From IMG/VR virus record IMGVR_UViG_3300042397_001164: a stretch of 20,000 bases of DNA; one strand, written 5' to 3'. Below, piece after piece: positions 9,116-17,199 of the stretch. Made by a program: the position numbers and the translations under genes. Every line of letters begins with the position of its first letter. Position 1 is the stretch's first letter. Source of the DNA: an uncultured virus (IMG/VR IMGVR_UViG_3300042397_001164). Its lineage: Duplodnaviria > Heunggongvirae > Uroviricota > Caudoviricetes > Crassvirales. The notes beneath the pieces are model-generated. The model saw only the letters and a program-made list of their open reading frames with translations. It was not told where the DNA came from and made no database searches.

Positions 9116-9382
9116 TTAGTATTGATTTACAAAAATTGGTGTTTGTTCTCCAACGTAAGCATTGAAGCAATTGTATTCTAAAAATTCCCAAGCATCTTCT
9201 TCAGTCATTTCGGGATCCATATTCAATAATAAATCAACCATAATTTCTTTAGAGTACACAAGCTGACCATTATCCGTTAATCCAAGAATAGCTTTATCAT
9301 AACCGTCTGTGCTTCCATCAAACCCATCAGGTTTTAATGCCAAACATTCTTCGGCCATTTGTAAAATTAATTCCAAATCCAT
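9116..9382 (-). CDS. Conserved acidic phage hypothetical protein
   Basis: 88 aa; DGYDKAILG...VYS...EEDAWEFLEYN...AYVGEQTPIF pattern recognised from aquatic phage proteins. Confidence 0.75.
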   Translation of the reverse strand: MDLELILQMAEECLALKPDGFDGSTDGYDKAILGLTDNGQLVYSKEIMVDLLLNMDPEMTEEDAWEFLEYNCFNAYVGEQTPIFVNQY

Positions 9383-9392
9383 ATTTTAATTT

Positions 9393-9515
9393 TTATCTCC
9401 CCTGACCTCTGTATTCTTTAGGCTTAGGAGTGTGTTTGTTATAAGTTTTTTTCGCACTTCCTGTTTTTCTTTTACCAAATGTAATTTTTCTAGGATCTGA
9501 TTTGATTTTCGCCAT
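9393..9515 (-). CDS. Small basic phage protein ending YRGQGR (40 aa; not in ORF track)
   Basis: Hand translation MAKIKSDPRKITFGKRKTGSAKKTYNKHTPKPKEYRGQGR*; fills the gap in the operon, has an AAAATG start context, and the C-terminal YRGQG motif is familiar from small phage proteins. Confidence 0.75.
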   Translation of the reverse strand: MAKIKSDPRKITFGKRKTGSAKKTYNKHTPKPKEYRGQGR

Positions 9516-9789
9516 TTTGCTCTTTTTTAAGGATTAATTGGTACGAATATAAACCATTTTTTTCATATCTTTTATTCAGAGAATGACCCCCAAACTTTTC
9601 TTTCCTAAAATCCCTTAACCCAGCAGATACTGAAGCTTCAGGAATACCGGTAAAATGAGATATTTCCCCAAGAGTCCTATAAACAGAGTCTTTCATTAAC
9701 TCTCTTAATTTATAATGGTTATTTGCCAATCTTTGGTAATCCCTTTCTTTTACATAATCAGCACCATCAAATTGTAGTTCTTGTTGCAT
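9490..9789 (-). CDS. Winged helix-turn-helix protein
   Basis: 99 aa; TLGEISHFTGIPEASVSAGLRDFRK helix-turn-helix followed by a wing with YSYQL. Confidence 0.7.
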   Translation of the reverse strand: MQQELQFDGADYVKERDYQRLANNHYKLRELMKDSVYRTLGEISHFTGIPEASVSAGLRDFRKEKFGGHSLNKRYEKNGLYSYQLILKKEQNGENQIRS

Positions 9790-9793
9790 AATA

Positions 9794-10015
9794 CTATTTA
9801 TTTTTAAAGTAATCTAAGTCAATACTTCCGCCGTCCATCTTATTTGGGTAGACGATAATGTCGGTGTCGTAAAAGTTCCGCACGATACCACTGTCGTGTA
9901 ATATAACTTTCCAAACGGTGTTGACTTCGCTTCCGTAATCAATCCATGCGATTGCTTTTCCTTTTCCGAGTGGGGTATGGACATCTATTATATTTTTAAG
10001 TTCATGAATATACAT
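9794..10015 (-). CDS. Conserved phage hypothetical protein
   Basis: 73 aa, TPLGKGKAIAWIDYG motif; TAATG coupling with ssb. Confidence 0.7.
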   Translation of the reverse strand: MYIHELKNIIDVHTPLGKGKAIAWIDYGSEVNTVWKVILHDSGIVRNFYDTDIIVYPNKMDGGSIDLDYFKNK

Positions 10016-10353
10016 TAAAATGGAGCTTCTTCTTGTTTACCAGATAGTAATTGAAGGCTTGCCACTCTTGCGTGCAATTGAGCAATAGTTTCATTTGTAC
10101 TATTATTCAAATAAGTTTTAGCTTCTGGTTTGCCTTCCATATAAATCAAGGTACCTTTTTTTAAATAATTTGCAACATTTATTTTTTCTGTCCAATAAGC
10201 ACAAGAAATCCAAGTCGTTTTATCAACCTCTTGACCATCTTGTTTTTTAAATTTTTCACTGTAAGCCATTGAGAAATTAATCACCGTCTTACCATTCACA
10301 TTGTTTACGATTGCATCTTGTCCTAATCTTCCGATTACTGAAATTCTAATCAT
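10015..10353 (-). CDS. ssb: Single-stranded DNA-binding protein
   Basis: IGRLGQDA, NFSMA, TTW, YLKKGTLIYMEG OB-fold motifs and acidic C-terminal EEAPF tip. Confidence 0.95.
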   Translation of the reverse strand: MIRISVIGRLGQDAIVNNVNGKTVINFSMAYSEKFKKQDGQEVDKTTWISCAYWTEKINVANYLKKGTLIYMEGKPEAKTYLNNSTNETIAQLHARVASLQLLSGKQEEAPF

Positions 10354-10373
10354 TGTTTTGTTTTTTATAGTTA

Positions 10374-12239
10374 TTAAAATATTACTTCTTCGCCATCATC
10401 ATTTTTGTACGGAAGCCAAGCCTGACTTGCTTCTTTACGCTTCCAAAAATCATAACTTTTTTTATTTAACATATCTTGTATAAAATCTTTCCCTTCAATA
10501 AAAAATCTTCTCCTTTCCCATAAATATTCAACTAGCATAAAACCTTTTCTACCAACACTTTTCTTTTTAATTTTTTTAGAATGAAATTCTGCTAAAGGAT
10601 TATTTGGATCTGTTTGCGCAAACGGTCTATGATAAACAGTTATATTATCCATTTTATTATTCCACATTGCACCGTCTGCAATATCAAATACATCTGGACA
10701 TTTATAGTTGCCTGACCTATCTCTTTCCATTAATTTAGGATGTGCTACAATCCAAAAATACACATCATTTTTTTTTGCAAATCTTGAGAAATCTGATAAC
10801 AATGTTTCAAGATATTTATCAGTTCTACCACCAAAACCTTTATAGTCATTTGTCATTTGGTTGAATGGATCAATACAACAGAAGTCAACCTTTTCTTGAA
10901 CAATCAACTCAAGAAACTTCTCTTTGATATACTGAGGAGTAGGAGAAAGCATTTCTGCGCTGATGTAAAAAATATGCTTTGATATAAAATCATAGGCAGC
11001 TTCGTATATTTCATTTGATGGTCTATTTGGATTAAAAGGTGTACACTCACATCCCAATAACATCTCCACATAATCATGAAAATATTCTTCAGCTGGAGTA
11101 TCTTCTGGTGAAAATGTAGCTACCTTTTCGCCGTACATAATGATTCTTGATAAAATCTGTGATTTCTGCCAAGCGGTTTTACCGTAGTTACCAATACCAG
11201 TCAAAAGGGTAATTTCCCCTCTTTTTGGTTTAAATAAATAATCCATTTCAGGTACACCTATACCCATAATCTTCTCAAAACCCTTTTCATTGATTGATAA
11301 AGCCCTATCTTTTACATCAATACCATACACAACATCTTCAATCCTGTAATTTTCACCATTTTCTTCTGTAAATTCCTTCTTTACATCAATCTCATAATTG
11401 GTTGTTTTATTAACAAGCTTTTCTTTCTGGATAGAAGCTGTTCCAAAATTGCCTCTATTTGCCCTATATCCGCTCTTTACGGCACTTTTCATCTCCGACA
11501 TAGTAAAGTCATTACTTACGGTATATTCTGCCGAAATAAGGCCTAATGCGGCGTTTTCTTCAATACCGAACCTGCAACATGCTGATGCCAACTTAAAAAT
11601 ATAGGTATTTCGCTCACCAGTTACGAATGCATCGTTCTTGTTGGTAAGCCATTTAAGTATTCTACGAAAGTTTTCGGAATCATCTAAGTTCTGAGTTTCA
11701 GAAACAATGATTTTTTCAATTTTCTTAGCTTTTGCAAATACAGTAGCCTTATCGTTTATGTAAATATCAGCATCAAAACTCTCATAGCAAACTCTACTTA
11801 CGTTAATTCCGCTCCTATCAATCTCCGGGAAAACCTCTTGTAATGACTGGAAATGTTCTCTATGCTTTGAACCATCGGCTATCTTTACCAATGCTTTTAG
11901 GCCATTACCAGATGGGCTTACCCAACATGCATAAACAAAATCATTAGAAATAATTTCTGTTTGCTTATCCCTTAAATCAGAAATATCATCAAAGTCAAGC
12001 ACAATAAATCCGCTATGCTCAATAAGTTGCTCATCCTTTCTATCTGCTCCAAACTTTCCACTGAAACATACTGAAGGTAAATTTAATTTAATTTTATTAG
12101 CCTTTTCCTTATCAAGTGTATTTCTAATTTCAGTAACCAGTTCTTTACTTGAACCAGTTTTAATTCTTTCTAAAGCTTTTTCAATCGTTATAAAATGTGG
12201 TTCCTTGCTAAAAATGTTTTTAAAAATAGTAGCTATCAT
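10374..12239 (-). CDS. Primase-helicase fusion (BT4734/VirE-N AEP-like domain, PriCT-like domain, SF4 Twinkle/DnaB-like helicase)
   Basis: KLNLPSVCFSG, SGFIVLDFDD, SPSGNGLK, D.S..NVSRVCYESFD; GERN..IF..A; Walker A LTGIGNYGKT, Walker B IDPFNQ, VAHP. Confidence 0.85.
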   Translation of the reverse strand: MIATIFKNIFSKEPHFITIEKALERIKTGSSKELVTEIRNTLDKEKANKIKLNLPSVCFSGKFGADRKDEQLIEHSGFIVLDFDDISDLRDKQTEIISNDFVYACWVSPSGNGLKALVKIADGSKHREHFQSLQEVFPEIDRSGINVSRVCYESFDADIYINDKATVFAKAKKIEKIIVSETQNLDDSENFRRILKWLTNKNDAFVTGERNTYIFKLASACCRFGIEENAALGLISAEYTVSNDFTMSEMKSAVKSGYRANRGNFGTASIQKEKLVNKTTNYEIDVKKEFTEENGENYRIEDVVYGIDVKDRALSINEKGFEKIMGIGVPEMDYLFKPKRGEITLLTGIGNYGKTAWQKSQILSRIIMYGEKVATFSPEDTPAEEYFHDYVEMLLGCECTPFNPNRPSNEIYEAAYDFISKHIFYISAEMLSPTPQYIKEKFLELIVQEKVDFCCIDPFNQMTNDYKGFGGRTDKYLETLLSDFSRFAKKNDVYFWIVAHPKLMERDRSGNYKCPDVFDIADGAMWNNKMDNITVYHRPFAQTDPNNPLAEFHSKKIKKKSVGRKGFMLVEYLWERRRFFIEGKDFIQDMLNKKSYDFWKRKEASQAWLPYKNDDGEEVIF

Positions 12240-12243
12240 CGTA

Positions 12244-12975
12244 TTAATTTAAAGTTTTTCCTAATTCCTGTTGTCTTTTTTTGTAAGCCTCAAAATCTCC
12301 ATTTTTGTAAATCTGTGTTTTTGGTATATCAGAAGAACCAATCAATTCATCATTCCAAGAACTGTTGTTAAAGAAAGTCTGAGGATCTTTTCTAAACTTC
12401 TTTTCTGGCTGAATCAATTTATACTTTGGGATATACTCAATTATTGAACTTCTATCATCATCCTTCATTGAATCCCATTTCTTTTTTAACTTCTCCTTAT
12501 CACCAACCTTCTTGTCATATAAATCCCAAAAAATATCAAACGATATATTTATTTCTTTTATTTCCTTTCCTTTTATTTCCTTTCCTTTCCTTTCCTTTTT
12601 AGCATTGCTATCGGATTGCGTTTGCATTGCGTTCGCATTATCCCATCTATAACTTGCTGATTTTCTTGCTTTTGCGCTTTTGTCATTTCTTTGTTCTAGT
12701 CTTTCTTGAACAGAATTACTACCAAAATAATCACCATTAAAAATGAATAAATCAAAGTCATTTACTACGCTCGCTACAAGTTCGCAATCCGACCTTAAAT
12801 CATACGCAATGCCTTCGTAATCCGTTCGCAATGCGTTCGCATTGTTATATAAATCTTCAACTATTGACCAAAAAACACCATACCCTTGCATACCATGTTT
12901 CCTAATCAGCCTTTTTATCTTCTCATCATTACGAGCATTATAGTCGTGTGAGAAGTAGAATGTATCTTTTGGCAT
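12244..12975 (-). CDS. DUF4373 (Lin1244/Lin1753-like) putative replication initiator
   Basis: YFSHDYNARNDEKI...GMQGYGVFWSIVE.L N-terminus, K/E linker, FDIFWDLY.KK and KDPQTFFN..W.DE C-terminal domain; directly upstream of the helicase. Confidence 0.8.
   Translation of the reverse strand: MPKDTFYFSHDYNARNDEKIKRLIRKHGMQGYGVFWSIVEDLYNNANALRTDYEGIAYDLRSDCELVASVVNDFDLFIFNGDYFGSNSVQERLEQRNDKSAKARKSASYRWDNANAMQTQSDSNAKKERKGKEIKGKEIKEINISFDIFWDLYDKKVGDKEKLKKKWDSMKDDDRSSIIEYIPKYKLIQPEKKFRKDPQTFFNNSSWNDELIGSSDIPKTQIYKNGDFEAYKKRQQELGKTLN
12605..12841. repeat. Two arrays of tandem 11-bp iteron-like repeats (consensus WTGCGTTCGCA), putative replication origin
   Basis: ttgctatcgga/ttgcgtttgca/ttgcgttcgca at 12605-12637 and aatcatacgca/atgccttcgta/atccgttcgca/atgcgttcgca at 12798-12841. 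Confidence 0.65.
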
Positions 12976-12984
12976 TTTAAAATC

Positions 12985-13182
12985 TTAATCGTTTATTAAA
13001 TCGGTTTTTAAAGCTTCATTTATGCGCGTAATCTCACTATCCGTAAATAGTAATTTACCCTGCATTTTGCGCGATAATTCCGATTCTGGTATCTTGGCAT
13101 TTAATGAAAGCCAACGCTGAGTGCGACCATCCATAGCTTCCTTGATTCGTTCATGAAGCTTCATTGTTTTGATTTCTTCCAT
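12985..13182 (-). CDS. Cro/XRE-family helix-turn-helix regulator
   Basis: 65 aa; GRTQRWLS...IPESELSRKMQG...FT..EI..I..AL; first gene of the replication operon. Confidence 0.8.
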   Translation of the reverse strand: MEEIKTMKLHERIKEAMDGRTQRWLSLNAKIPESELSRKMQGKLLFTDSEITRINEALKTDLIND

Positions 13183-13201
13183 AAAGTTTATTGTTGAATA
13201 G

Positions 13202-13231
13202 CAAAAGTAGTATTAATTTTTAAATTCCCAA
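13202..13231 (-). promoter_or_regulatory. Bacteroidota promoter TTG-N19-TACTTTTG for the replication operon
   Basis: caaaagta at 13202-13209 and caa at 13229-13231 on +. Confidence 0.75.
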
Positions 13232-13258
13232 TTATTTTTAATTTTTTTTAAAAATAAT

Positions 13259-13288
13259 TTTGTGGTTTAATTAATTTAATTAAATTTG
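13259..13288 (+). promoter_or_regulatory. Bacteroidota promoter TTTG-N18-TAAATTTG, divergent
   Basis: tttg at 13259-13262 and taaatttg at 13281-13288. Confidence 0.65.
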
Positions 13289-13291
13289 CAA

Positions 13292-13462
13292 ATGAAAAAT
13301 AGAGAATTAATATATGATTTGGCTAAAAAATTGGATTTGATAATAGAGGTTACCAAAGACGGTAAATATGCTGGTAAATATAAATTTATTAATAAAAAAC
13401 TACATAAACTAAAAGAAGATGAGAAACTCAACGATAATAGTAAAGAAAAAGAGATGCGTTAG
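13292..13462 (+). CDS. Small hypothetical protein (56 aa; not in ORF track), possibly leaderless
   Basis: MKNRELIYDLAKKLDLIIEVTKDGKYAGKYKFINKKLHKLKEDEKLNDNSKEKEMR*; starts 3 nt after a -7 box and overlaps the ninG start. Confidence 0.5.
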   Translation: MKNRELIYDLAKKLDLIIEVTKDGKYAGKYKFINKKLHKLKEDEKLNDNSKEKEMR

Positions 13463-13955
13463 ATGCGGAAACATTGATTACCATTTTTCAAAAAAGATGT
13501 GTAAACAATGCGCTACTATTGAATCTACACAAAAAAGAATGGAAGAATTTGAAGATGATGGAGAAAGCTTTCAAAATTTAGTTTCAGATTTGGATCATGT
13601 ATTTAGCCAATACATAAGATGTAAATATGCAGATAAACAAGGTATGGTAGAATGTTATACATCTGGCAAAAAGATGAAATGGCAGGAAATACAATGCGGT
13701 CACTTTATTCCCAGAGCAAATCTTGGCACCAGATGGTTAGAGGCTAATTGTAGACCACAATCTATGGAAGAAAATTACTTTAAAATGGGTAATTTAGAAG
13801 AATTTGAATACAAACTTGATGCAGAAAACAATGGGGTAGTAGAGTATTTGAGAGAGTTGGCCAGACAGGTTGCTAAGCCTACAAAAGAAGAGTTAAAGTC
13901 TTTAATTATTGAGTATAGATCAAAGCTGAATCTAATAAAGAAGAAATTTAATTAA
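13419..13955 (+). CDS. ninG: NinG/Rap-like recombination endonuclease (HNH-type) with N-terminal Cys4 zinc finger
   Basis: LDHVFSQYIR, CYTSG, QCGHFIPR...TRW...NCRPQ...N...GN pattern of lambda NinG family. Confidence 0.8.
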   Translation: MRNSTIIVKKKRCVRCGNIDYHFSKKMCKQCATIESTQKRMEEFEDDGESFQNLVSDLDHVFSQYIRCKYADKQGMVECYTSGKKMKWQEIQCGHFIPRANLGTRWLEANCRPQSMEENYFKMGNLEEFEYKLDAENNGVVEYLRELARQVAKPTKEELKSLIIEYRSKLNLIKKKFN

Positions 13956-13985
13956 ATTTATTTTTTTTAATTAAATTAATTAAAT

Positions 13986-13993
13986 TAATTTTG
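13986..13993 (+). promoter_or_regulatory. Bacteroidota -7 box TAATTTTG for the recombination operon
   Basis: Exact TAnnTTTG 25 nt before ATG 14019. Confidence 0.6.
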
Positions 13994-14018
13994 TACTCAA
14001 ATATTAAAAACACATAAA

Positions 14019-14216
14019 ATGGCAAGAAACATTAGTCCAGATTCGGTATCAAGCAAGGTATCAGAACTGCAAGTAGGAGAAAGTTTACTATTAGAAAACC
14101 CGTATACATCTGTAATGGTTATGGTTTCTAATCTAAAAAGAAAAGAAGAACACAAAAACAAAGTATTCAAGATTAAGACAACTGAAAAACAAACGAATGT
14201 AACTAGAATAAAATAA
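14019..14216 (+). CDS. Small basic protein, possible DNA-binding regulator
   Basis: 65 aa, L.VGES...helix...F.I....V.R pattern; first gene after a promoter. Confidence 0.65.
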   Translation: MARNISPDSVSSKVSELQVGESLLLENPYTSVMVMVSNLKRKEEHKNKVFKIKTTEKQTNVTRIK

Positions 14217-14221
14217 GTATT

Positions 14222-14593
14222 ATGCATATACAAACCATCCACTACACCAGAACATTTAATTTAGGTAATTATTCATCAGAAAAAATAGGAGTTGAGTTTG
14301 CACTGAATCCGGGAGAATCAGCAGACAAAGCTCTTGATAATGCAAGGCAACTAGTAGAAGAATACCATAAAAAGAGTGTTAAGCAAATTGAAGAAGCTGG
14401 GTTTTATTTTGAACAAGATGAACCAATTGCTGAAAAGGTAATACCAACACAGTCAAAAAAGACGTTAACAGAAAGAACAAAAGAGTTTATTGATTCTTGC
14501 ACAACAAAACAAGAATTAAAAGCTTGGGAACTAATGTGTAAAAACAATCCTGAATTGCTGGAATATTATAATAACAAACTAAACAACCTTTAA
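14222..14593 (+). CDS. Hypothetical protein upstream of exonuclease
   Basis: 123 aa, RTFNLGNYSSEKI motif, tightly packed in operon. Confidence 0.7.
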   Translation: MHIQTIHYTRTFNLGNYSSEKIGVEFALNPGESADKALDNARQLVEEYHKKSVKQIEEAGFYFEQDEPIAEKVIPTQSKKTLTERTKEFIDSCTTKQELKAWELMCKNNPELLEYYNNKLNNL

Positions 14594-14595
14594 TT

Positions 14596-15324
14596 ATGAA
14601 CTGGAGTGAAACACTTATTAGATCAAGTTCTGTTGGGTACTTAATGACAGAGCCGGTAACTAAAGCCGACAAAGAAGCTGGTGTATTATCAAAAACTGCA
14701 CAAAAACATTTAATTGAAGTTTATATCGCTGAGAAATATGGTAGAAAGCGAGATATACAAACAAAGCAAATGAAGAAAGGTGTTGAAGTTGAAGATGATT
14801 CAATTGATCTTTTAAATAATTTTTGGGGAGTAGATTATGATAAAAATGAACATAGATTTACTAATGATTACATATCAGGGCATCCAGATATAATTACTGT
14901 TAATCCAAATAAGGTTATTGATATTAAATCAAGTTATGACCTTTGGACATTCTTAGGAAATATACCAGATAAACTTGATAATTTGTATTACTGGCAGCTT
15001 CAATCTTACATGTGGCTTACAGCTGCTACTAGTGGACATATTGCATATTGTCTTGTAAATACACCATTCAATATTATTGAACAAGAAAAAAGATATTTAC
15101 TTAATAAGATGAATGTTATTTCAGAAGAAAGCCCAGAATATGTAAAAGAAGCTCTTAAATTAGAATTTAGTTTGACTTTTGATGATATTGATATTTCAGA
15201 AAGAATATTAATATTTAATGTTGAAAGAAACGAGGATGATATTTTAAAGATTCAACATAAGGTAGAAAAAGCAAGAGAATTTTTATTTGAACTTGAAAAC
15301 AAACATTTAAATTTCAATAAATGA
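14596..15324 (+). CDS. YqaJ/lambda-exonuclease family PD-(D/E)XK nuclease
   Basis: RSSS, MKKGVEVE, GHPDII, VIDIKSS, YYWQLQSYMWL motifs. Confidence 0.85.
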   Translation: MNWSETLIRSSSVGYLMTEPVTKADKEAGVLSKTAQKHLIEVYIAEKYGRKRDIQTKQMKKGVEVEDDSIDLLNNFWGVDYDKNEHRFTNDYISGHPDIITVNPNKVIDIKSSYDLWTFLGNIPDKLDNLYYWQLQSYMWLTAATSGHIAYCLVNTPFNIIEQEKRYLLNKMNVISEESPEYVKEALKLEFSLTFDDIDISERILIFNVERNEDDILKIQHKVEKAREFLFELENKHLNFNK

Positions 15325-15671
15325 CCGGAGCTAATATCATAAGTGCAATCCAAAATTTAAAAATGGCTCAAGAGCAATTAGAAGATTTTTGCAGGCAGTT
15401 CCCCAACTCACAGGGCGAAAGAATATTTAAAAATTATAGTAAAAAAATAGATTGGATTTTTAATGATATTATAACCCACCCGTTCCTTACAACTGAAGTT
15501 AGACTTGGAATTAAAAACGAAATACAAAGTGATGTTTTTGCAGTTCCAGCTATAGTTGAAAAGGTTGCTTTATTGAACCCAGAACAAAGAGAAATTATAG
15601 AGTCCACATTAGATGCTATGATAAACGGAGAAGAAGTAAAAATTGTTGACATTAACGAAATAAATAAATAA
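15321..15671 (+). CDS. Hypothetical protein
   Basis: 116 aa helical ORF, ATGA overlap with exonuclease. Confidence 0.7.
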   Translation: MTGANIISAIQNLKMAQEQLEDFCRQFPNSQGERIFKNYSKKIDWIFNDIITHPFLTTEVRLGIKNEIQSDVFAVPAIVEKVALLNPEQREIIESTLDAMINGEEVKIVDINEINK

Positions 15672-15673
15672 AA

Positions 15674-15946
15674 ATGGCTAAGAAAAAAGAAAAAGAACTC
15701 AACCTGCCATCTAATGCACAAGTACTTGATGGATGCGACTTTTGTATGCAATTTGATTATGATGATCCACATGTAATTGGTGCTAGTGAAAGCTCAGATG
15801 GCGTAATGGAAATTGTATTGAAGTCTTACATGGACGTTGGTATAACATTTTTATGTCCAACAACCGGAAAAAAGCTAAGACTATTTGCAAGGCCATTATC
15901 AGACAAAGGCAGACAAATTTTAGAAATGCAAGCAGAACAAGATTAA
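15674..15946 (+). CDS. Hypothetical protein
   Basis: 90 aa, operon context, AAAATG start. Confidence 0.7.
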   Translation: MAKKKEKELNLPSNAQVLDGCDFCMQFDYDDPHVIGASESSDGVMEIVLKSYMDVGITFLCPTTGKKLRLFARPLSDKGRQILEMQAEQD

Positions 15947-15965
15947 TAACCACAAAACCAAAAAA

Positions 15966-16511
15966 ATGAAAAAGCTAATAACAACCACACTAATCATTAT
16001 TTTCTTAGTAAACACTGCAATGTCACAGATATTTGATGGCATTAATTTAAAAGAAGATAGGAATCTTTTATTATCAAAGTTAAAAACAAAAGGATTTACT
16101 TTTGATTACGCAGCAGGTGAAACCACAAAACTTTCAGGAGAATACGATAACAAACTTGCTAGGGTATATATAGTAAACACCGTTAAATCAAATAAGCCAG
16201 TTGTATTAACGGCTTATGTTGGAGATGCTAATACATGGGATGAATTAGTTGCAAACTATAAAAAGTATGTAAAAGTATTTTCAGACAAATACGGCAACCC
16301 AGATATGTATTCAGAATCTTTTAAATCACCTTACGACAAAGACTTTAAGGGATATGAAATGGAAGCGGTGAGAAATGAAAAGTCAAACTTTATTTCTGAA
16401 TGGACTAGAGATGGTATTAATTATTCGGTAGAGATATTTCAATACAATAGTATAATTATTACATACAGGAACGAAGAAAATTACAGGATAAATAAGATGG
16501 AGTTGAAGTAA
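15966..16511 (+). CDS. Secreted/periplasmic protein with Sec signal peptide
   Basis: MKK plus hydrophobic core plus AMS|Q cleavage site (Gln at +1, typical of Bacteroidota); KYG.P motif. Confidence 0.75.
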   Translation: MKKLITTTLIIIFLVNTAMSQIFDGINLKEDRNLLLSKLKTKGFTFDYAAGETTKLSGEYDNKLARVYIVNTVKSNKPVVLTAYVGDANTWDELVANYKKYVKVFSDKYGNPDMYSESFKSPYDKDFKGYEMEAVRNEKSNFISEWTRDGINYSVEIFQYNSIIITYRNEENYRINKMELK

Positions 16512-16545
16512 ATAATAAAGGCGGCCTAAAAACCGCCTTATTTAT
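16512..16545. terminator. Bidirectional rho-independent terminator
   Basis: aaggcgg-cctaaaaa-ccgcctt hairpin flanked by A-rich and T-rich tails between convergent genes. Confidence 0.8.
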
Positions 16546-16913
16546 TCTTTATTTCTATTTCTATAAGCTTTCATGGCTTCTCTTCTATCTTGACCTTGTT
16601 TCCAAGATCCATAAGCAAATTTTTCGGCTCTTTTTTTATTTTTAAAACCAAAAACCTCTCCTCTTTTTTTAGCTTCATTATAAGCCGCCATTCCCTTTCC
16701 TTGCAAATCGGTCCAACTACTATCTTTATTTGGGAATATTGTAGGGTTTGCTTGATATTTATATTTTCCAGAACCTTCACCATACTCCATAACATGAGTA
16801 GAAACAGTTCCATCTTCATTTTTACGAGCAAATGGTCTTATGCTTCTTACAATTTCTTTCCTATTTTTAGTGACTATAGGAGGATTTTGCTGCATTGATT
16901 TTAACTTGCTCAT
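16542..16913 (-). CDS. Basic phage hypothetical protein
   Basis: 123 aa, K/R-rich, TAATG coupling with upstream gene. Confidence 0.7.
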   Translation of the reverse strand: MSKLKSMQQNPPIVTKNRKEIVRSIRPFARKNEDGTVSTHVMEYGEGSGKYKYQANPTIFPNKDSSWTDLQGKGMAAYNEAKKRGEVFGFKNKKRAEKFAYGSWKQGQDRREAMKAYRNRNKE

Positions 16914-17197
16914 TATGACTTCTTATGTTTATTTGCGAATTTACGAGCGGCTTCAACGCTACCAAATCCCCAAGCTTTAAGAGCCAATGCCTTACGAGTA
17001 GGTTCACCATTAGGTTTTTTCATAGCACCTAACATGCCACTAAATCTAGCAGCAAAAGAAACTCTTCTAGGATTTACACCAGATTTAACTGGGGCTTTTA
17101 AATTACCACCAGTTTCTGCATTGTAAGATGCACGACCTTTTGCGTTTAATCCACCTTCTGGATTCTTACCTTCTTTTCTTTGCCAAGCTCCTGACAT
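16913..17197 (-). CDS. Conserved small basic phage protein (DUF6321-like)
   Basis: AWQRKEGKNPEGGLNAKGRASYN...RRVSFAARF.GM...RKALALKAW, recognised from memory as a widespread aquatic phage family. Confidence 0.75.
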   Translation of the reverse strand: MSGAWQRKEGKNPEGGLNAKGRASYNAETGGNLKAPVKSGVNPRRVSFAARFSGMLGAMKKPNGEPTRKALALKAWGFGSVEAARKFANKHKKS

Positions 17198-17199
17198 AA

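Noticed and set aside
10301..16898. Short ORFs 10301+, 11398+, 13997-, 14487-, 15434-, 16571- and 16590+
   Set aside because: Overlap better-supported genes on the other strand or frame; F/L/I/S-rich composition typical of shadow ORFs
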